Assembly: GCA_964444345.1 (NCBI GenBank)
Contig: CAYUGU010000001.1
Location: 6,861-70,860 of the forward strand
From: an uncultured Bacteroides sp.
GTDB taxonomy: Bacteria; Bacteroidota; Bacteroidia; Bacteroidales; Muribaculaceae
Reading direction: 5' to 3'
Length of the DNA: 64,000 nucleotides
In this document: positions 24,006 to 34,642 of the stretch, piece after piece
How positions within the stretch are numbered: the first letter of the stretch is position 1
Layout of the letters: every line of letters starts with the position of its first letter
The notes under the pieces: model-generated
What the model was told of the DNA's origin: nothing
Seen by the model: only the letters and a program-made list of their open reading frames with translations
Databases searched by the model: none
Program-made: the position numbers and the translations under genes

Positions 24006-27000
24006 ATGAGGTTTTCTGTTATTGCGCCGCTCAAACGTCTTGGAGCGGTTTGGGTGGTCGCCGCAATCTCGGCGGCTTTGGTTGTTTCGTCGTGTTCCCG
24101 CAGGGTGATGGCCGATGAGGAGGCGGAGCGTTGGGTCGCCGCCTACACTCCGGCCCATATTGACCGCGAAGCGCGCATCAGGTTGGAACTTACCGACCTT
24201 ACGCGCTCAAAGGTCGATACGGCCCGGTCGCTAAAGGGAGTTTTCAGTTTCTCGCCCCGCCTGAAGGGTGAGGCCGTCTATTCGCCTGACCGTCGGTTCA
24301 TCGAGTTTATCCCCGAGGAGGCGATGGAGCAGGGGCGTAACTATAAATGCAGGGTCGATATGCGGGCGCTGACGGAGGTTGATTCGCTTGCCGACTTCGC
24401 TTTCGATTTCTATGTCGATAAGCGCGAGATGCGTTTCGACGACGTGACCGTTACCGTCGACCCCGACAATGTCGCCCTTATGACCGTCAGGGGCCGTCTG
24501 GTCTACAGCGTTCCTGCCGGCGACAGCATTACCGCCGACACTACTTTGCTGCGCTGCGACTATCCAGGCGTCAGGATTACTATGGACCCGAAGCCCGACA
24601 AGCAAACGCGCGGATTCCGCATTACCGGAATCAAACGCGGAGAGAAGGAAACCGCGCTGACGCTCTCACTGAACTCTCTGGCCGGATTTGCCGCCGAGGA
24701 TCGGAAAATCACTATTCCCGCAATTTCCGGTTTCACGCTCCTCAGTTCCGAGCGCGTCGAGGCCCCCGAACCCTACTTAAACCTTGAGTTCAGTACTCCG
24801 CTCTCTTCTCAGCAGGAACTCGACGGACTGATTACCATTGACAATCTCCCCGACATCAAGATTGAACGCTCAGGGACCAACGTGAAGGTTTACTATCCCC
24901 GAAACGGAATAAAGAATCTCACCCTCCGGGTCTCCGACCTGCTGAAGAACAACGACGGGCGCTCGCTCGACGAAGAACTCGTTTGCCACTTCCATCAGGA
25001 GGTCATTCCTCCGACTATCAAACTCCCCTTTGAGGGTTCAATCCTTCCCGATAGCCGCAACCTCAAGTTGCCCTTTCGTGCCGTGAATCTCGCCGCTGTC
25101 GACGTTGAGGTGGTCAAGATATTTCCCTCAAACGTGATCTCCTTTCTGCAGACCAACGACCTCTCCGAAACCTGGACGTTGCGCCGCTACGGTCGCCTGA
25201 TTTATCATCAGACCGTGCGCCTCGACCGCGATAAGTCGCTCAATCTCCACCAATGGCAAGACTTTTCAATCGACCTCAAGGACCTTTTTGCCCGCGAGCG
25301 CGGCGCCATATACAATATAAGGTTGACCTTCCGCAAAGCCTATTCACTCTATAACCGCGCCAAGCCCGAAGACTTTGAAGAGATCAAAGGCATTACCGAC
25401 GATGACCGCAAAACGTGGGATAAGAACGACCCTTATCTCTTCCGCGCAACGCCCGACTATTGTTGGGAAAAATTAAATTGGAACGAAACCGACGACCCCA
25501 CAAAAGACTCCTATTATATGTATGAATATGACCGTATGCCGGAGGTCAATCTGGTCGCCTCAAATATCGGCCTGATAGTCAAGCGGGGCGATGACAATTT
25601 GCTCAGAACCATAGTGACCGACATTGTCGAGGCGCGGCCTCTTGCCGGAGTGACCGTGACGGCCTATGATTTCCAGATGCAGAAGGTCGGCTCTGCCCGT
25701 AGCGACGAAAACGGATTTGCCGACATTCGCGCTGACCATAATCCCTTTTGGGTGACCGCCTCCGACGGCCGGAGCACAACCTACCTGAAAGTTACAAACT
25801 ATAACGAATTGTCGCTGAGCAACTTCGACGTCGCCGGAAAGACCTATAATGGAGGAATCAAGGGTTTTACCTATGGCGACCGAGGCGTCTGGCGCCCCGG
25901 CGACGACATTCATCTGACTCTCATTGTTGAAGACAAGCAAAAGGCGCTCCCCGATAATCATCCCGTAGTTATGGAACTTTATAACCCGGCGGAGCAAATC
26001 TATGAGCGTCAGGTGATTGAAAAGGGCGTAGACGGCTTCTATGTATGCCATATCCCTACGGATGAGTCCGCTCCTACCGGTCTCTGGACCGCCAAGTTCT
26101 CTATTGGCAATCAGACGTTTTACCATCCTGTTCGCATTGAAACGATTAAGCCGAACCGCCTGAAAGTCAACATAGAGGCACCTGAAGTTATTCAGGGCAA
26201 TGCTAAGAACGATTTCCGGCTCGATGCGCGTTGGCTCTCCGGCCCCGTAGCCAAAAATATGCGGGTATCGGTCGATATGAATCTGTTCACTAACCCTAAC
26301 CCCTTTGAAAAATATAAGAATTATACCTTCCGCAATCCTCTGGTCGAGTATACTTCGACGGAGAGCACGCTTTTTACGGGCCAAACCGACAGCGTCGGCC
26401 ATCTTATCCGCCGTTGTGCAATCGGGGCCGACCTCAATTCCCCGGGAATGTTGATGGCCAACCTGACGGCCAAAGTGACCGAGCCCGGGGGCGACGCAAG
26501 TATCGTCTCGAAGTCGGTGCCCTTTTCGCCCTTCGGAGTCTATGTGGGTCTCGATATGCGCAAAAAGGAGTTTTTGACCGACGAAGAAATCGCACTTCCC
26601 GTAGTGGTCGTGAACCAAAAAGGCGCGCGGATGAAGTCCCGCGAACTGGAGTATAAAATCTACCGCCTGGACTGGGATTGGTGGTGGGAAGGGAGTGCCG
26701 ACGACCTGAGCCGATACGTCAAAAGCACTTCGGCCGAAGTGGTCGCCTCCGGAACCCTTACGGCTGAAAACGGGTTTGCCACCCTCCGCTTTACAGTTCA
26801 ATATCCGGAGTGGGGCCGATACCTGATTCTTCTGCGCGACTCCAAGGGCGGACATGCAACCGGCGGAATCCTCAACATCGACTGGCCCAATTGGCGCGGA
26901 CGGAGCAACAAAGCGAGTGCTTCCGGTAGCACCGAGTTATCGTTCACGCTCGATAAACGCCAATATGAAGTCGGCGAAACCGCAAAAGTCTATTTGCCGA

Positions 27001-29477
27001 AATGTCCGGGCGGACGCGTCCTCCTTTCGATTGAAAACGGCGACCGCGTAATCAAGCGCCTTTGGGCAACTCTTTCCGGCACCGAGGAGACCGGATTCGC
27101 ACTCCCGGTTGACGCAAGTATGGCGCCCAACTTCTACGTAACCGCAACGATGCTCCGGCCTCATAAGGAGACCGACTTCAATACTCCGATTCGCCTCTAC
27201 GGGGTTCGCTCCGTGAAGGTTATCAATCCACGCTCGGTACTCAATCCGCTGATTGAGATGCCTGACGAACTCCACCCGCAGCAGCCCTTTACCGTCCGCG
27301 TCCGCGAAAAAGAGGGTAGGCCGATGACCTACACCCTGGCGATTGTTGACGAGGGACTGCTCGACATTACCAACTTCAAGACCCCCCGCCCGTGGGAGGC
27401 AATGAACCGCAAGGAGGCCCTGAAAGTGCGCACCTGGGATATGTTTGACAACATTATAGGCGCTTTCGGCTCCAACTTCCGCTCAATCCATAGCGTCGGC
27501 GGCGACGAGGCCCTCCGCACGGCCGCCGGCAAGGAGAAGCGATTCAATCCCGCCGTAAAGTTCCTGGGCCCGTTCACGCTTACGGGCGGCGCGCAGTCCC
27601 ATCGCATTACCCTTCCCAACTACGTCGGCTCCGTCCGGGTGATGGTTGTTGCAGCCCATGACGGCAACTACGGAAGCGCCGACAAGACCGTGCCCGTAAC
27701 CTCGCCGTTGATGATGCTCTCAACCTTGCCGCGCGCCCTCGCCAATTGCGATACGGTCGAAATGCCAGTCAACATTTTCGCAATGAAGCCCGAAATCAAG
27801 AACGTCTCGGTCAATATCGACGTGACCGGCCCCGTGAAGGTTCTCGAACCTGAGAGCAAGAGTATTCTCTTTAAAGAAGCGGGAGAGCAACTGACCTCGT
27901 TCCGCCTCGCGTGCGATAAGTCAGTCGAGGGGAAGGCACGCATAATCCTGACGGCCGCGGCCAACGGGCATACCACCCGTGACACTACCTTCATCGAGGT
28001 TTCAAACCCGATGCCGACCCTTTACGAGACCGTCGAGCGGACTCTCGGCGCCAACTCCTCGACCGAGTTCACCCTTCCGAAAGGAGGATCCGAGAGCCTT
28101 TCGCTCCAGGTGGGTGCAATGCCGTCAATGAACTTTAGCGGCGTCGCTTCATTCCTCGAAGGTTATCCTCATTACTGCACGGAGCAACTTTCGTCCAAGG
28201 CGCTCTTTACTCTTTTCGGGCGCAAGTTTCTCGACGACGAAACGCGTGTGCGCCTCGAAGGTCAACTTCCGGCCCTGCTGAAACGGATTCGCGGTCGACA
28301 ATCGGGCAACGGAGGGTTCCGCTATTGGCCCGGAAGCGCTGAGGAAGATGAGTGGGTGACTTCAATGGTCGGAATCGTGCTGACCGAAGCCGCGCGTCAG
28401 GGTTTCCGTGTCGACAAGCAGTGCGTCGACAAGTGGAAGACCTATCAGGAGGCGCGGGCCCGCAACTATCAGTATACTCTCGAATCAGACCTCAATCAGG
28501 CCTTCCGCATCTACTCCCTGACTGTGGCCGGAGCCACCCCGACGGCTGCGATGAACCGCCTGCGCGAGTCGAAACAACTTTCGCAGACCGCCGCCTTTGC
28601 CCTTGCTGCAGCATATGCCGAAGCGGGGCGAAAGGACGTGGCGCTCAAACTGATTGAGCGGGCCAACCGGACCGAGTCTACCCGCTCAAATGATGCTTTT
28701 TACTCGAAGTTACGCAATAAGACCATAGAACTGGAGGCCCTGACTCTCTGCGATTTGCGCCCGGAGGCGTTACGGATGGCCCGCGAGGTCGCCGCCGATT
28801 GCAGTGGAAACTATGTGACTCAGGAGGTTGCCTTCGCAACCGTGGCCTTCAACCGCTTGAGCGCTTTGCTCGGTTCCGGAGCCAACTCTTTGCGCGTAAG
28901 CCCGAAGGGGCAGACGCCTGTCTGCCTCAACGGATTCAGGGACGTGAAGAATATCGCCCTCAATCCTTCAACCGAGAGTCTTAAAGTCGAGAATCTTAAC
29001 CCACGGGGCGCCCTCGAACTGTCGCTGCTTTCGGCGCGTCGCCCGTCTGCCGATGAAACCCTAAAAGCATCGGCCAAGGGCCTGAAATTGACCGTCCGCT
29101 ATACGGACCTGAGCCACAAGCCGATTGCTGTGACTGACCTCAGGCAAGACTCGGAATTCTATGCCGAAGTTACCGTGACCAATCTCGGACGCGACGTGGA
29201 AAATATGGCCCTGACTTACGCCATTCCCGCCGGTTGGGAAATTTGGAACGGACGCCTTTACGGCTCGGCCGGCCCGGACTCGGACAATGAGGATATCCGC
29301 GATACCGCCTGTAACTTCTATTTCCCGCTCAGGCGCGGCGCCTCCAAAACCGTCCGTGTGCGCCTGCGCGCCGCCTATCCCGGCAACTTCATTCTGCCGC
29401 CTACGGTCTGCGAGGATATGTATAACCCCGGCTGTCGCGCCGTGACCGCCAACCGCCGCGTAACCGTCAAGCCATGA
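24006..29477 (+). CDS. Alpha-2-macroglobulin family lipoprotein with intact thioester motif (YfhM/ECAM-like)
   Basis: 1823 aa, lipobox VVSSC, thioester CTEQ in GYPHYCTEQLSSKA, MG-domain-like repeats. The stop overlaps the pbpC start (ATGA at 29474). Confidence 0.9.
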   Translation: MRFSVIAPLKRLGAVWVVAAISAALVVSSCSRRVMADEEAERWVAAYTPAHIDREARIRLELTDLTRSKVDTARSLKGVFSFSPRLKGEAVYSPDRRFIEFIPEEAMEQGRNYKCRVDMRALTEVDSLADFAFDFYVDKREMRFDDVTVTVDPDNVALMTVRGRLVYSVPAGDSITADTTLLRCDYPGVRITMDPKPDKQTRGFRITGIKRGEKETALTLSLNSLAGFAAEDRKITIPAISGFTLLSSERVEAPEPYLNLEFSTPLSSQQELDGLITIDNLPDIKIERSGTNVKVYYPRNGIKNLTLRVSDLLKNNDGRSLDEELVCHFHQEVIPPTIKLPFEGSILPDSRNLKLPFRAVNLAAVDVEVVKIFPSNVISFLQTNDLSETWTLRRYGRLIYHQTVRLDRDKSLNLHQWQDFSIDLKDLFARERGAIYNIRLTFRKAYSLYNRAKPEDFEEIKGITDDDRKTWDKNDPYLFRATPDYCWEKLNWNETDDPTKDSYYMYEYDRMPEVNLVASNIGLIVKRGDDNLLRTIVTDIVEARPLAGVTVTAYDFQMQKVGSARSDENGFADIRADHNPFWVTASDGRSTTYLKVTNYNELSLSNFDVAGKTYNGGIKGFTYGDRGVWRPGDDIHLTLIVEDKQKALPDNHPVVMELYNPAEQIYERQVIEKGVDGFYVCHIPTDESAPTGLWTAKFSIGNQTFYHPVRIETIKPNRLKVNIEAPEVIQGNAKNDFRLDARWLSGPVAKNMRVSVDMNLFTNPNPFEKYKNYTFRNPLVEYTSTESTLFTGQTDSVGHLIRRCAIGADLNSPGMLMANLTAKVTEPGGDASIVSKSVPFSPFGVYVGLDMRKKEFLTDEEIALPVVVVNQKGARMKSRELEYKIYRLDWDWWWEGSADDLSRYVKSTSAEVVASGTLTAENGFATLRFTVQYPEWGRYLILLRDSKGGHATGGILNIDWPNWRGRSNKASASGSTELSFTLDKRQYEVGETAKVYLPKCPGGRVLLSIENGDRVIKRLWATLSGTEETGFALPVDASMAPNFYVTATMLRPHKETDFNTPIRLYGVRSVKVINPRSVLNPLIEMPDELHPQQPFTVRVREKEGRPMTYTLAIVDEGLLDITNFKTPRPWEAMNRKEALKVRTWDMFDNIIGAFGSNFRSIHSVGGDEALRTAAGKEKRFNPAVKFLGPFTLTGGAQSHRITLPNYVGSVRVMVVAAHDGNYGSADKTVPVTSPLMMLSTLPRALANCDTVEMPVNIFAMKPEIKNVSVNIDVTGPVKVLEPESKSILFKEAGEQLTSFRLACDKSVEGKARIILTAAANGHTTRDTTFIEVSNPMPTLYETVERTLGANSSTEFTLPKGGSESLSLQVGAMPSMNFSGVASFLEGYPHYCTEQLSSKALFTLFGRKFLDDETRVRLEGQLPALLKRIRGRQSGNGGFRYWPGSAEEDEWVTSMVGIVLTEAARQGFRVDKQCVDKWKTYQEARARNYQYTLESDLNQAFRIYSLTVAGATPTAAMNRLRESKQLSQTAAFALAAAYAEAGRKDVALKLIERANRTESTRSNDAFYSKLRNKTIELEALTLCDLRPEALRMAREVAADCSGNYVTQEVAFATVAFNRLSALLGSGANSLRVSPKGQTPVCLNGFRDVKNIALNPSTESLKVENLNPRGALELSLLSARRPSADETLKASAKGLKLTVRYTDLSHKPIAVTDLRQDSEFYAEVTVTNLGRDVENMALTYAIPAGWEIWNGRLYGSAGPDSDNEDIRDTACNFYFPLRRGASKTVRVRLRAAYPGNFILPPTVCEDMYNPGCRAVTANRRVTVKP

Positions 29478-31690
29478 AATCGCTCAACCGAAAGACCCTG
29501 ATAGCCTTGTCGGCAGGAGGGATTCTCCTGCTGATATGGCTGTTTTGCCTGCCGTCTGACTTGTTTGGGGGCACACCTTACTCTACCGTAGTGACCGCCA
29601 AGGGTGGCGAACTTCTCGGCGCGCGTGTGGCCGACGACGGGCAGTGGCGTTTCCCTCCCTGCGACTCTATCCCCGAGAAGTTTGCCAAGGCCGTGGTTGA
29701 ATATGAAGACCGCACTTTTTATTCTCATCCCGGCGTGAGTGCCCGCGGCCTTTTTCGCGCCTTTTGGCAGAACGTCACCTGCGGGCGCGTTGTCAGCGGC
29801 GGAAGCACTATTTCCATGCAGACCATCCGACTGCATCGGCGCGGTAGGCGCAACATCGTCGAGAAGGCGATTGAAATGTTTATGGCCACGCGCCTTGAGG
29901 CCCGCTTTTCTAAGGATGAGATTCTACGGATGTATGCCTCTCTTGCGCCCTTCGGCGGCAATGTCGTCGGAATTGACGCCGCCCTTTGGCGCTATCTCGG
30001 CAATAATGGCAGCGAAATGTCGTGGGCCGAGGCCGCAACCCTCGCAGTGCTCCAGAATGCGCCGTCGGCAATTCATCCTTCCAAAAATCGTGACCGACTG
30101 CTCGAAAAGCGTAACCGGCTGCTGCGTCGCCTTTTTGAGAAGGGAGAAATGACTCCCGACGAGTATGAACTCGCCGTGGAGGAGCCCCTGATTGGAACCC
30201 CTTACCGGATGCCTCAACTGGCCCCGCACTATGTAGAACTGATGAACCGCACTCGCCACGGTCAACTCTCGCATACCTCGATTGACTTCGCACTTCAGCA
30301 GCGGGTCGAGGCGCTGACCGCCCGCTGGCGCGAAGACCTTTCTTTCTCCGGAATCAACGACCTCTCGGCCGTGATTGTCGACGTTGCTACGGGACTTCCG
30401 GTTGCCTATTGCGGAAACGCCGATATTAGTGCCGAGCGCGAAGGGCGGTGGGTCGATATTGCCCGCGCGCCCCGCTCGTCGGGGAGCATCCTGAAGCCGC
30501 TGCTCTACTGCGCGGCCCTCAGCGAGGGCGTCATCCTCGAAAATACCCTCCTGCCCGATATTCCTATGGATTTCGGCGGCTTTGTCCCTAAGAATTTCGA
30601 CGGCACTTACTCCGGAGTGGTGGAGGCCAAAACCGCACTGGCGCTTTCGCTGAATATTCCTAACGTCCGGCTGCTCAAGGAGTTCGGAGTTTCCCGCTTT
30701 GCCTCGCTGCTAAAGCGCTGCGGGCTCTCGACGTTGACCAAGCCGTCCGACGTCTACGGCCTTTCTCTGATTCTCGGCGGAGCGGAGGTCACATTGACCG
30801 ACATTGTCTGCTGCTACGCCAACCTTGCGCGCTTCAACCCCGATTTTCCCTTGAACGACAGCGTCGCAATCTACTCGATGCTCGACGCTATGCGCAACGT
30901 GAATCGCCCCGACCAACTCGACTGGAGCCGCGCTTCTTCGGTTCAGAATATCGCGTGGAAGACCGGAACGAGTTATGGCTCACGCGATGCCTGGGCTATC
31001 GGAATCACGCCCCGCTATGTCGTAGGCGTATGGGCCGGAAATGCCGACGGTCGCGGCGTTGCCGACCTGACGGGTGCAAGAACTGCCGGGCCGGTAATGT
31101 TCGATATTTTCAATCTCCTCCCCGCGAGTAAGTGGTTCACGCAACCGGGCGGAACGCCCCTGAAGGTCTGCGTGCGCTCCGGCCAACTTGCCGGCCGACA
31201 TTGCGCCGAAACGCGCCTTGAAGTCGCCCCGCGCAATGCACTGAAGTCGCCCCGATGCAGTTACTGCTCCGAGATTCCCGTCTCGCTCGACGGGTTGCGT
31301 CGCGTTGTCGACGCCTCGGAGCCTGCAATAATGAAATCTTTCTTCCAACTCCCTCCCGTCCATAAACACTACTATAAGCAGACCCATGCCGACTATCTCG
31401 AACCGCCCGCCGACCCCCTCGACAATCCCGCCAACCTCCGCATTATCTATCCGGCCGACGGCGCAGTGATTGCCCTTCCGAGGCGACCCGACGGGACCCA
31501 AGCCGAACTGACCTGCAAAGCCGCCCACTCAAGCCCCGGCGCCCGCCTCTTCTGGCATCTCGACGACCTCTTCATCGCCTCCACCACCGACATACACCAA
31601 ATCAGCATAACCCCCGCCCCCGGCCTCCACACCCTGACCGTCTACGACCAAAACGCCACCCGCCAAACCCTCCGCTTCCAAACAAAATAA
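29474..31690 (+). CDS. pbpC: Penicillin-binding protein 1C
   Basis: 738 aa. Glycosyltransferase motif EDRTFYSHPGV, transpeptidase SxxK (SGSILKP), C-terminal PBP1C-type domain. Coupled to the A2M gene as in E. coli yfhM-pbpC. Confidence 0.9.
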   Translation: MKSLNRKTLIALSAGGILLLIWLFCLPSDLFGGTPYSTVVTAKGGELLGARVADDGQWRFPPCDSIPEKFAKAVVEYEDRTFYSHPGVSARGLFRAFWQNVTCGRVVSGGSTISMQTIRLHRRGRRNIVEKAIEMFMATRLEARFSKDEILRMYASLAPFGGNVVGIDAALWRYLGNNGSEMSWAEAATLAVLQNAPSAIHPSKNRDRLLEKRNRLLRRLFEKGEMTPDEYELAVEEPLIGTPYRMPQLAPHYVELMNRTRHGQLSHTSIDFALQQRVEALTARWREDLSFSGINDLSAVIVDVATGLPVAYCGNADISAEREGRWVDIARAPRSSGSILKPLLYCAALSEGVILENTLLPDIPMDFGGFVPKNFDGTYSGVVEAKTALALSLNIPNVRLLKEFGVSRFASLLKRCGLSTLTKPSDVYGLSLILGGAEVTLTDIVCCYANLARFNPDFPLNDSVAIYSMLDAMRNVNRPDQLDWSRASSVQNIAWKTGTSYGSRDAWAIGITPRYVVGVWAGNADGRGVADLTGARTAGPVMFDIFNLLPASKWFTQPGGTPLKVCVRSGQLAGRHCAETRLEVAPRNALKSPRCSYCSEIPVSLDGLRRVVDASEPAIMKSFFQLPPVHKHYYKQTHADYLEPPADPLDNPANLRIIYPADGAVIALPRRPDGTQAELTCKAAHSSPGARLFWHLDDLFIASTTDIHQISITPAPGLHTLTVYDQNATRQTLRFQTK

Positions 31691-31720
31691 GCGGACCCGG
31701 GGTGCAGGTCCGCTTTTTTA
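31691..31720. terminator. Bidirectional rho-independent terminator
   Basis: GCGGACC-cggggtgca-GGTCCGC followed by TTTTTTA, preceded by AAAATAA. Lies between the convergent pbpC and AEC permease genes. Confidence 0.75.
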
Positions 31721-31738
31721 TGGAGAGTTTTGGGGGGA

Positions 31739-32716
31739 TTAGATGAGTTTGAGGACGGTGTCGGTCAGCCAGATCCAGAGGGGGCAGAAGCCTACGAAGA
31801 GGATTACGCTGAGGGTCAGTGAAGAGGTACCCGTCGCTACGTAGGTGTCGTTTTCATCGGCAATAATAATGCCTGAGAATGCCGGGGGAAGGGCGGCGGC
31901 TACTACGAGCATCTTGAGGTTTTCGGGGTCCATCTTGAAGAGGAGGCCGAGGGCTAGCACTACGGCAGGCATTACGATCATCTTCATGATTGAGCCGAGA
32001 ATTACCTGCCAGTTCATCGAGAACTTGATGGCCGAGAGGGTGATACCGGCTGAGAAGACGGCGAGTGAGGCGTTGGCTTTGGCCATAAGGTCAAACGACG
32101 GGCTCAGTTCTTTCGGCCAAGGAATTCCGACGAGTACCCAGACTACGGCGAGGATAGGGGCCCACGCTACCGGTTGGGCAAGGGCGTGGAGCACCGGTTT
32201 CCAGGCTGATTCTTTCTTGCCGGTGGTGTTGCCTTGTTTGGCAAGTGAGGCGTTCATCAGCGAGAGGCCTACAGGGATGCCGACGGCGTTAACGACGATG
32301 CCGACAATCGCAACTACGAGGGCTACGGCGGGAAGGCCTACGGTGGAGTCGAAGATAGGCTCCAGGACGGCGAATCCAAGGAAGCCGATGGTAGGCGAGC
32401 CGCTAATCAGGGCGCTGACGGCGGCGTCCGCGCCGGTATTTTTCTTGAAGCAGTAGCGGAAGACGAAGTAGACGAGCATAAAACAGCCCATGATACCAAG
32501 CAGGGAAACAATGGTCAGGTTGACATACTTGGCAAGGTCGGCGCGCGACGACTGTACGATGGAGACGAACAGGGCGGCCGGGAGGGCGAAGTCGAGGACG
32601 ACTTTGTTGAACTTCTTGGCGTCTTCGCCCGTGAATGCGCCTTTCTTACCGGCGATGAAGCCGGCGAGCATAATGACCACAATCGGCACTATGGCGTATA
32701 GAATAATGTGTGTCAT
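31739..32716 (-). CDS. AEC (auxin efflux carrier) family permease
   Basis: 325 aa, about 10 hydrophobic helices, typical AEC N-terminus (IILYAIVPIVVIMLAGFIAGK). Last gene of the frc-oxc string. Confidence 0.85.
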   Translation of the reverse strand: MTHIILYAIVPIVVIMLAGFIAGKKGAFTGEDAKKFNKVVLDFALPAALFVSIVQSSRADLAKYVNLTIVSLLGIMGCFMLVYFVFRYCFKKNTGADAAVSALISGSPTIGFLGFAVLEPIFDSTVGLPAVALVVAIVGIVVNAVGIPVGLSLMNASLAKQGNTTGKKESAWKPVLHALAQPVAWAPILAVVWVLVGIPWPKELSPSFDLMAKANASLAVFSAGITLSAIKFSMNWQVILGSIMKMIVMPAVVLALGLLFKMDPENLKMLVVAAALPPAFSGIIIADENDTYVATGTSSLTLSVILFVGFCPLWIWLTDTVLKLI

Positions 32717-32766
32717 AATTCACAGAGTTTAAGGTGAATAGTTGAAATTTTTGAGTTGAAACTTAT

Positions 32767-34530
32767 TTATACAGTGTACTGAATCAGAGGGGTAGGATTC
32801 AGATAGCCGATGTGGCCTGACTCCTTGCCTGAGTCGGCTGCGAGTTGAACATTGATAAGCGACGGGCGCTTGGAGGCGATTGCTTCGGTGAGGGCCTTTG
32901 AGAGTTCTTCGGGGGTCGATACGTAGTAAGCGTCGCCGCCGAAGGCTTCGGCCATCTTGTCGTAGCGGGCGTTGATGTCGAGGGTGGTAGGTGCGGGTTC
33001 GTCCGTGCCGCCGGGGTTAACGCCTACGCCGTTATAGATACCGCCGTTGTTGAAGATAACGACCGTGGCGGGGAGTTTGTAGCGGCAGATGGTTGCAAAT
33101 TCCATGCCTGAGAAGCCGAAAGCCGAGTCGCCTTCAACTGCTACGACGCTCTTGCCCGTAGCAACGGCGGCGCCGATAGTCGAGCCCATACCCATACCCA
33201 TGATTGACCATGAGGCGCAGTCAACGCGGTGGCGAGGAAGGGCCATATCGACGGTGTCGCGGGTATCGTCAAGGGTGTTGGCGCCCTCGTTGATGAGGAT
33301 TACGTCGGGGTTTGCTTCGAGGATAGGCTTGATGGCGCTCAAGGCAGTCCAGTGGTTCATCGGGCTGGCGGTTGAGGCTGCCTGAAGGCGTGCGGCAAAC
33401 TTCTTGTTCTTTTCGGCGCTTTCGGCCTGGAGGGCGGGTACCCAGGTGGGGTCGAAGGCGGGTTTATACTTGGTCAGTTCGGCAAGAATGGCTTTCAGCG
33501 ATTCGTTCATATCGCCTACGACAGGAGCGGCGACGGGAACGTTGCGGTCAATTTCGCGAGGCTCAACGTCGAGTTGAACAAACTTCACGTTCGGGTTCCA
33601 TTTACCCTTACCGAAGGAGAGCATCCAGTTGATTCGGGCGCCGATGACGATAACTACGTCGGCCTGCTCCATGATTGTCGAGCGGCAGGAGAGGGCGCTC
33701 AAATCGCCGTTGTCGGGCAATACGCCCTTGGCCATCGACATTGCCAGATAAGGAATCTTATAGGTGTCGCTCAACTGCTTGATGAGGTCTTCGGCCTGGG
33801 CCTGAGCGGCGCCTTTACCAATCAGGATTGCGGGCTTCTTGGCCGAGGCAATGGTCTGGGCGGCGCGGGCAACGGCGTCGGCGTTAGGTGCAACCTTTGA
33901 GTAGACGTCGACCGGGGTGAAGTAGAGTTTTTCGGCGTCTTCGCGGTTCATCACTTCGCCCAAGGCAGGAGTGGTCATATCAATATAAACGCCGCCGGGA
34001 CGTCCGCTGACTGCGGCGCGATAGGCGCGGGCAACTGCGGCCGGAATATCCTTGGCGTGGCTGCAACGGAAGGCGGCCTTCACGTAGGGGCGGGCAGCGT
34101 TCAACTGGTCAAGTTGCTCGTAGGTGCCCATATCCATATCGACCATCTGAGGGTCGGAGGCGCCTGAAATCTGAATCATAGGATAGCAGTTGACCGTAGC
34201 GTTGATCGTGGCGGTCAAGCCGTTGAGGAAGCCGAGCGACGAAACGGTCAGCAAGACGCCGGGCTTGCCGGTCAGATAGCCATGGGTGGCGGCTGCCATA
34301 CCGGCCTGCTGCTCAAAGCGGAAGCCATAGTAGTTCATACCGATTTTCTGCATCGCATAGGCTACTTCGGTTACGGGGATGCCGACAAGGCCGTATACGT
34401 CCATAAGGCCGAGACGGCGAAGCGATTCGGCGAGTATATACATTCCGGTTACCTGCTCCGGAAACTGAGGAGCGGCGGGAGTGGTTGTTGCGGCGGTTGC
34501 TGCTGCATTTGAGTTAGTTGTAGTACTCAT
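32767..34530 (-). CDS. oxc: Oxalyl-CoA decarboxylase (ThDP-dependent)
   Basis: 587 aa, ThDP-enzyme architecture, ThDP-binding motif GDSAFGFSGMEFATICRYKLPATVVIFNNGG. Adjacent to frc. Confidence 0.9.
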   Translation of the reverse strand: MSTTTNSNAAATAATTTPAAPQFPEQVTGMYILAESLRRLGLMDVYGLVGIPVTEVAYAMQKIGMNYYGFRFEQQAGMAAATHGYLTGKPGVLLTVSSLGFLNGLTATINATVNCYPMIQISGASDPQMVDMDMGTYEQLDQLNAARPYVKAAFRCSHAKDIPAAVARAYRAAVSGRPGGVYIDMTTPALGEVMNREDAEKLYFTPVDVYSKVAPNADAVARAAQTIASAKKPAILIGKGAAQAQAEDLIKQLSDTYKIPYLAMSMAKGVLPDNGDLSALSCRSTIMEQADVVIVIGARINWMLSFGKGKWNPNVKFVQLDVEPREIDRNVPVAAPVVGDMNESLKAILAELTKYKPAFDPTWVPALQAESAEKNKKFAARLQAASTASPMNHWTALSAIKPILEANPDVILINEGANTLDDTRDTVDMALPRHRVDCASWSIMGMGMGSTIGAAVATGKSVVAVEGDSAFGFSGMEFATICRYKLPATVVIFNNGGIYNGVGVNPGGTDEPAPTTLDINARYDKMAEAFGGDAYYVSTPEELSKALTEAIASKRPSLINVQLAADSGKESGHIGYLNPTPLIQYTV

Positions 34531-34564
34531 AGTGATGTTTTTTGAACGTGTGTTTTGTTAGAAA

Positions 34565-34623
34565 ATAAGAAAAAGAGGGGTGACCTGCGGGCAGCCATAT
34601 CGTTTACGGTCAGCCCGCAAGTC
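34565..34623 (-). terminator. Intra-operon hairpin (attenuator or partial terminator) between frc and oxc
   Basis: On the minus strand: GACTTGCGGGC-N20-GCCCGCAGGTC (11 bp including one G-U), then ACCCCTCTTTTTCTTATTTTC. Confidence 0.45.
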
Positions 34624-34642
34624 GCCGGAATGTTACGAGAGT

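Noticed and set aside
25560-26855. 431-aa ORF antisense to the thioester A2M gene
   Set aside because: Same reasoning: it is embedded in the 1823-aa gene, has no motifs and shows antisense GC-rich composition.
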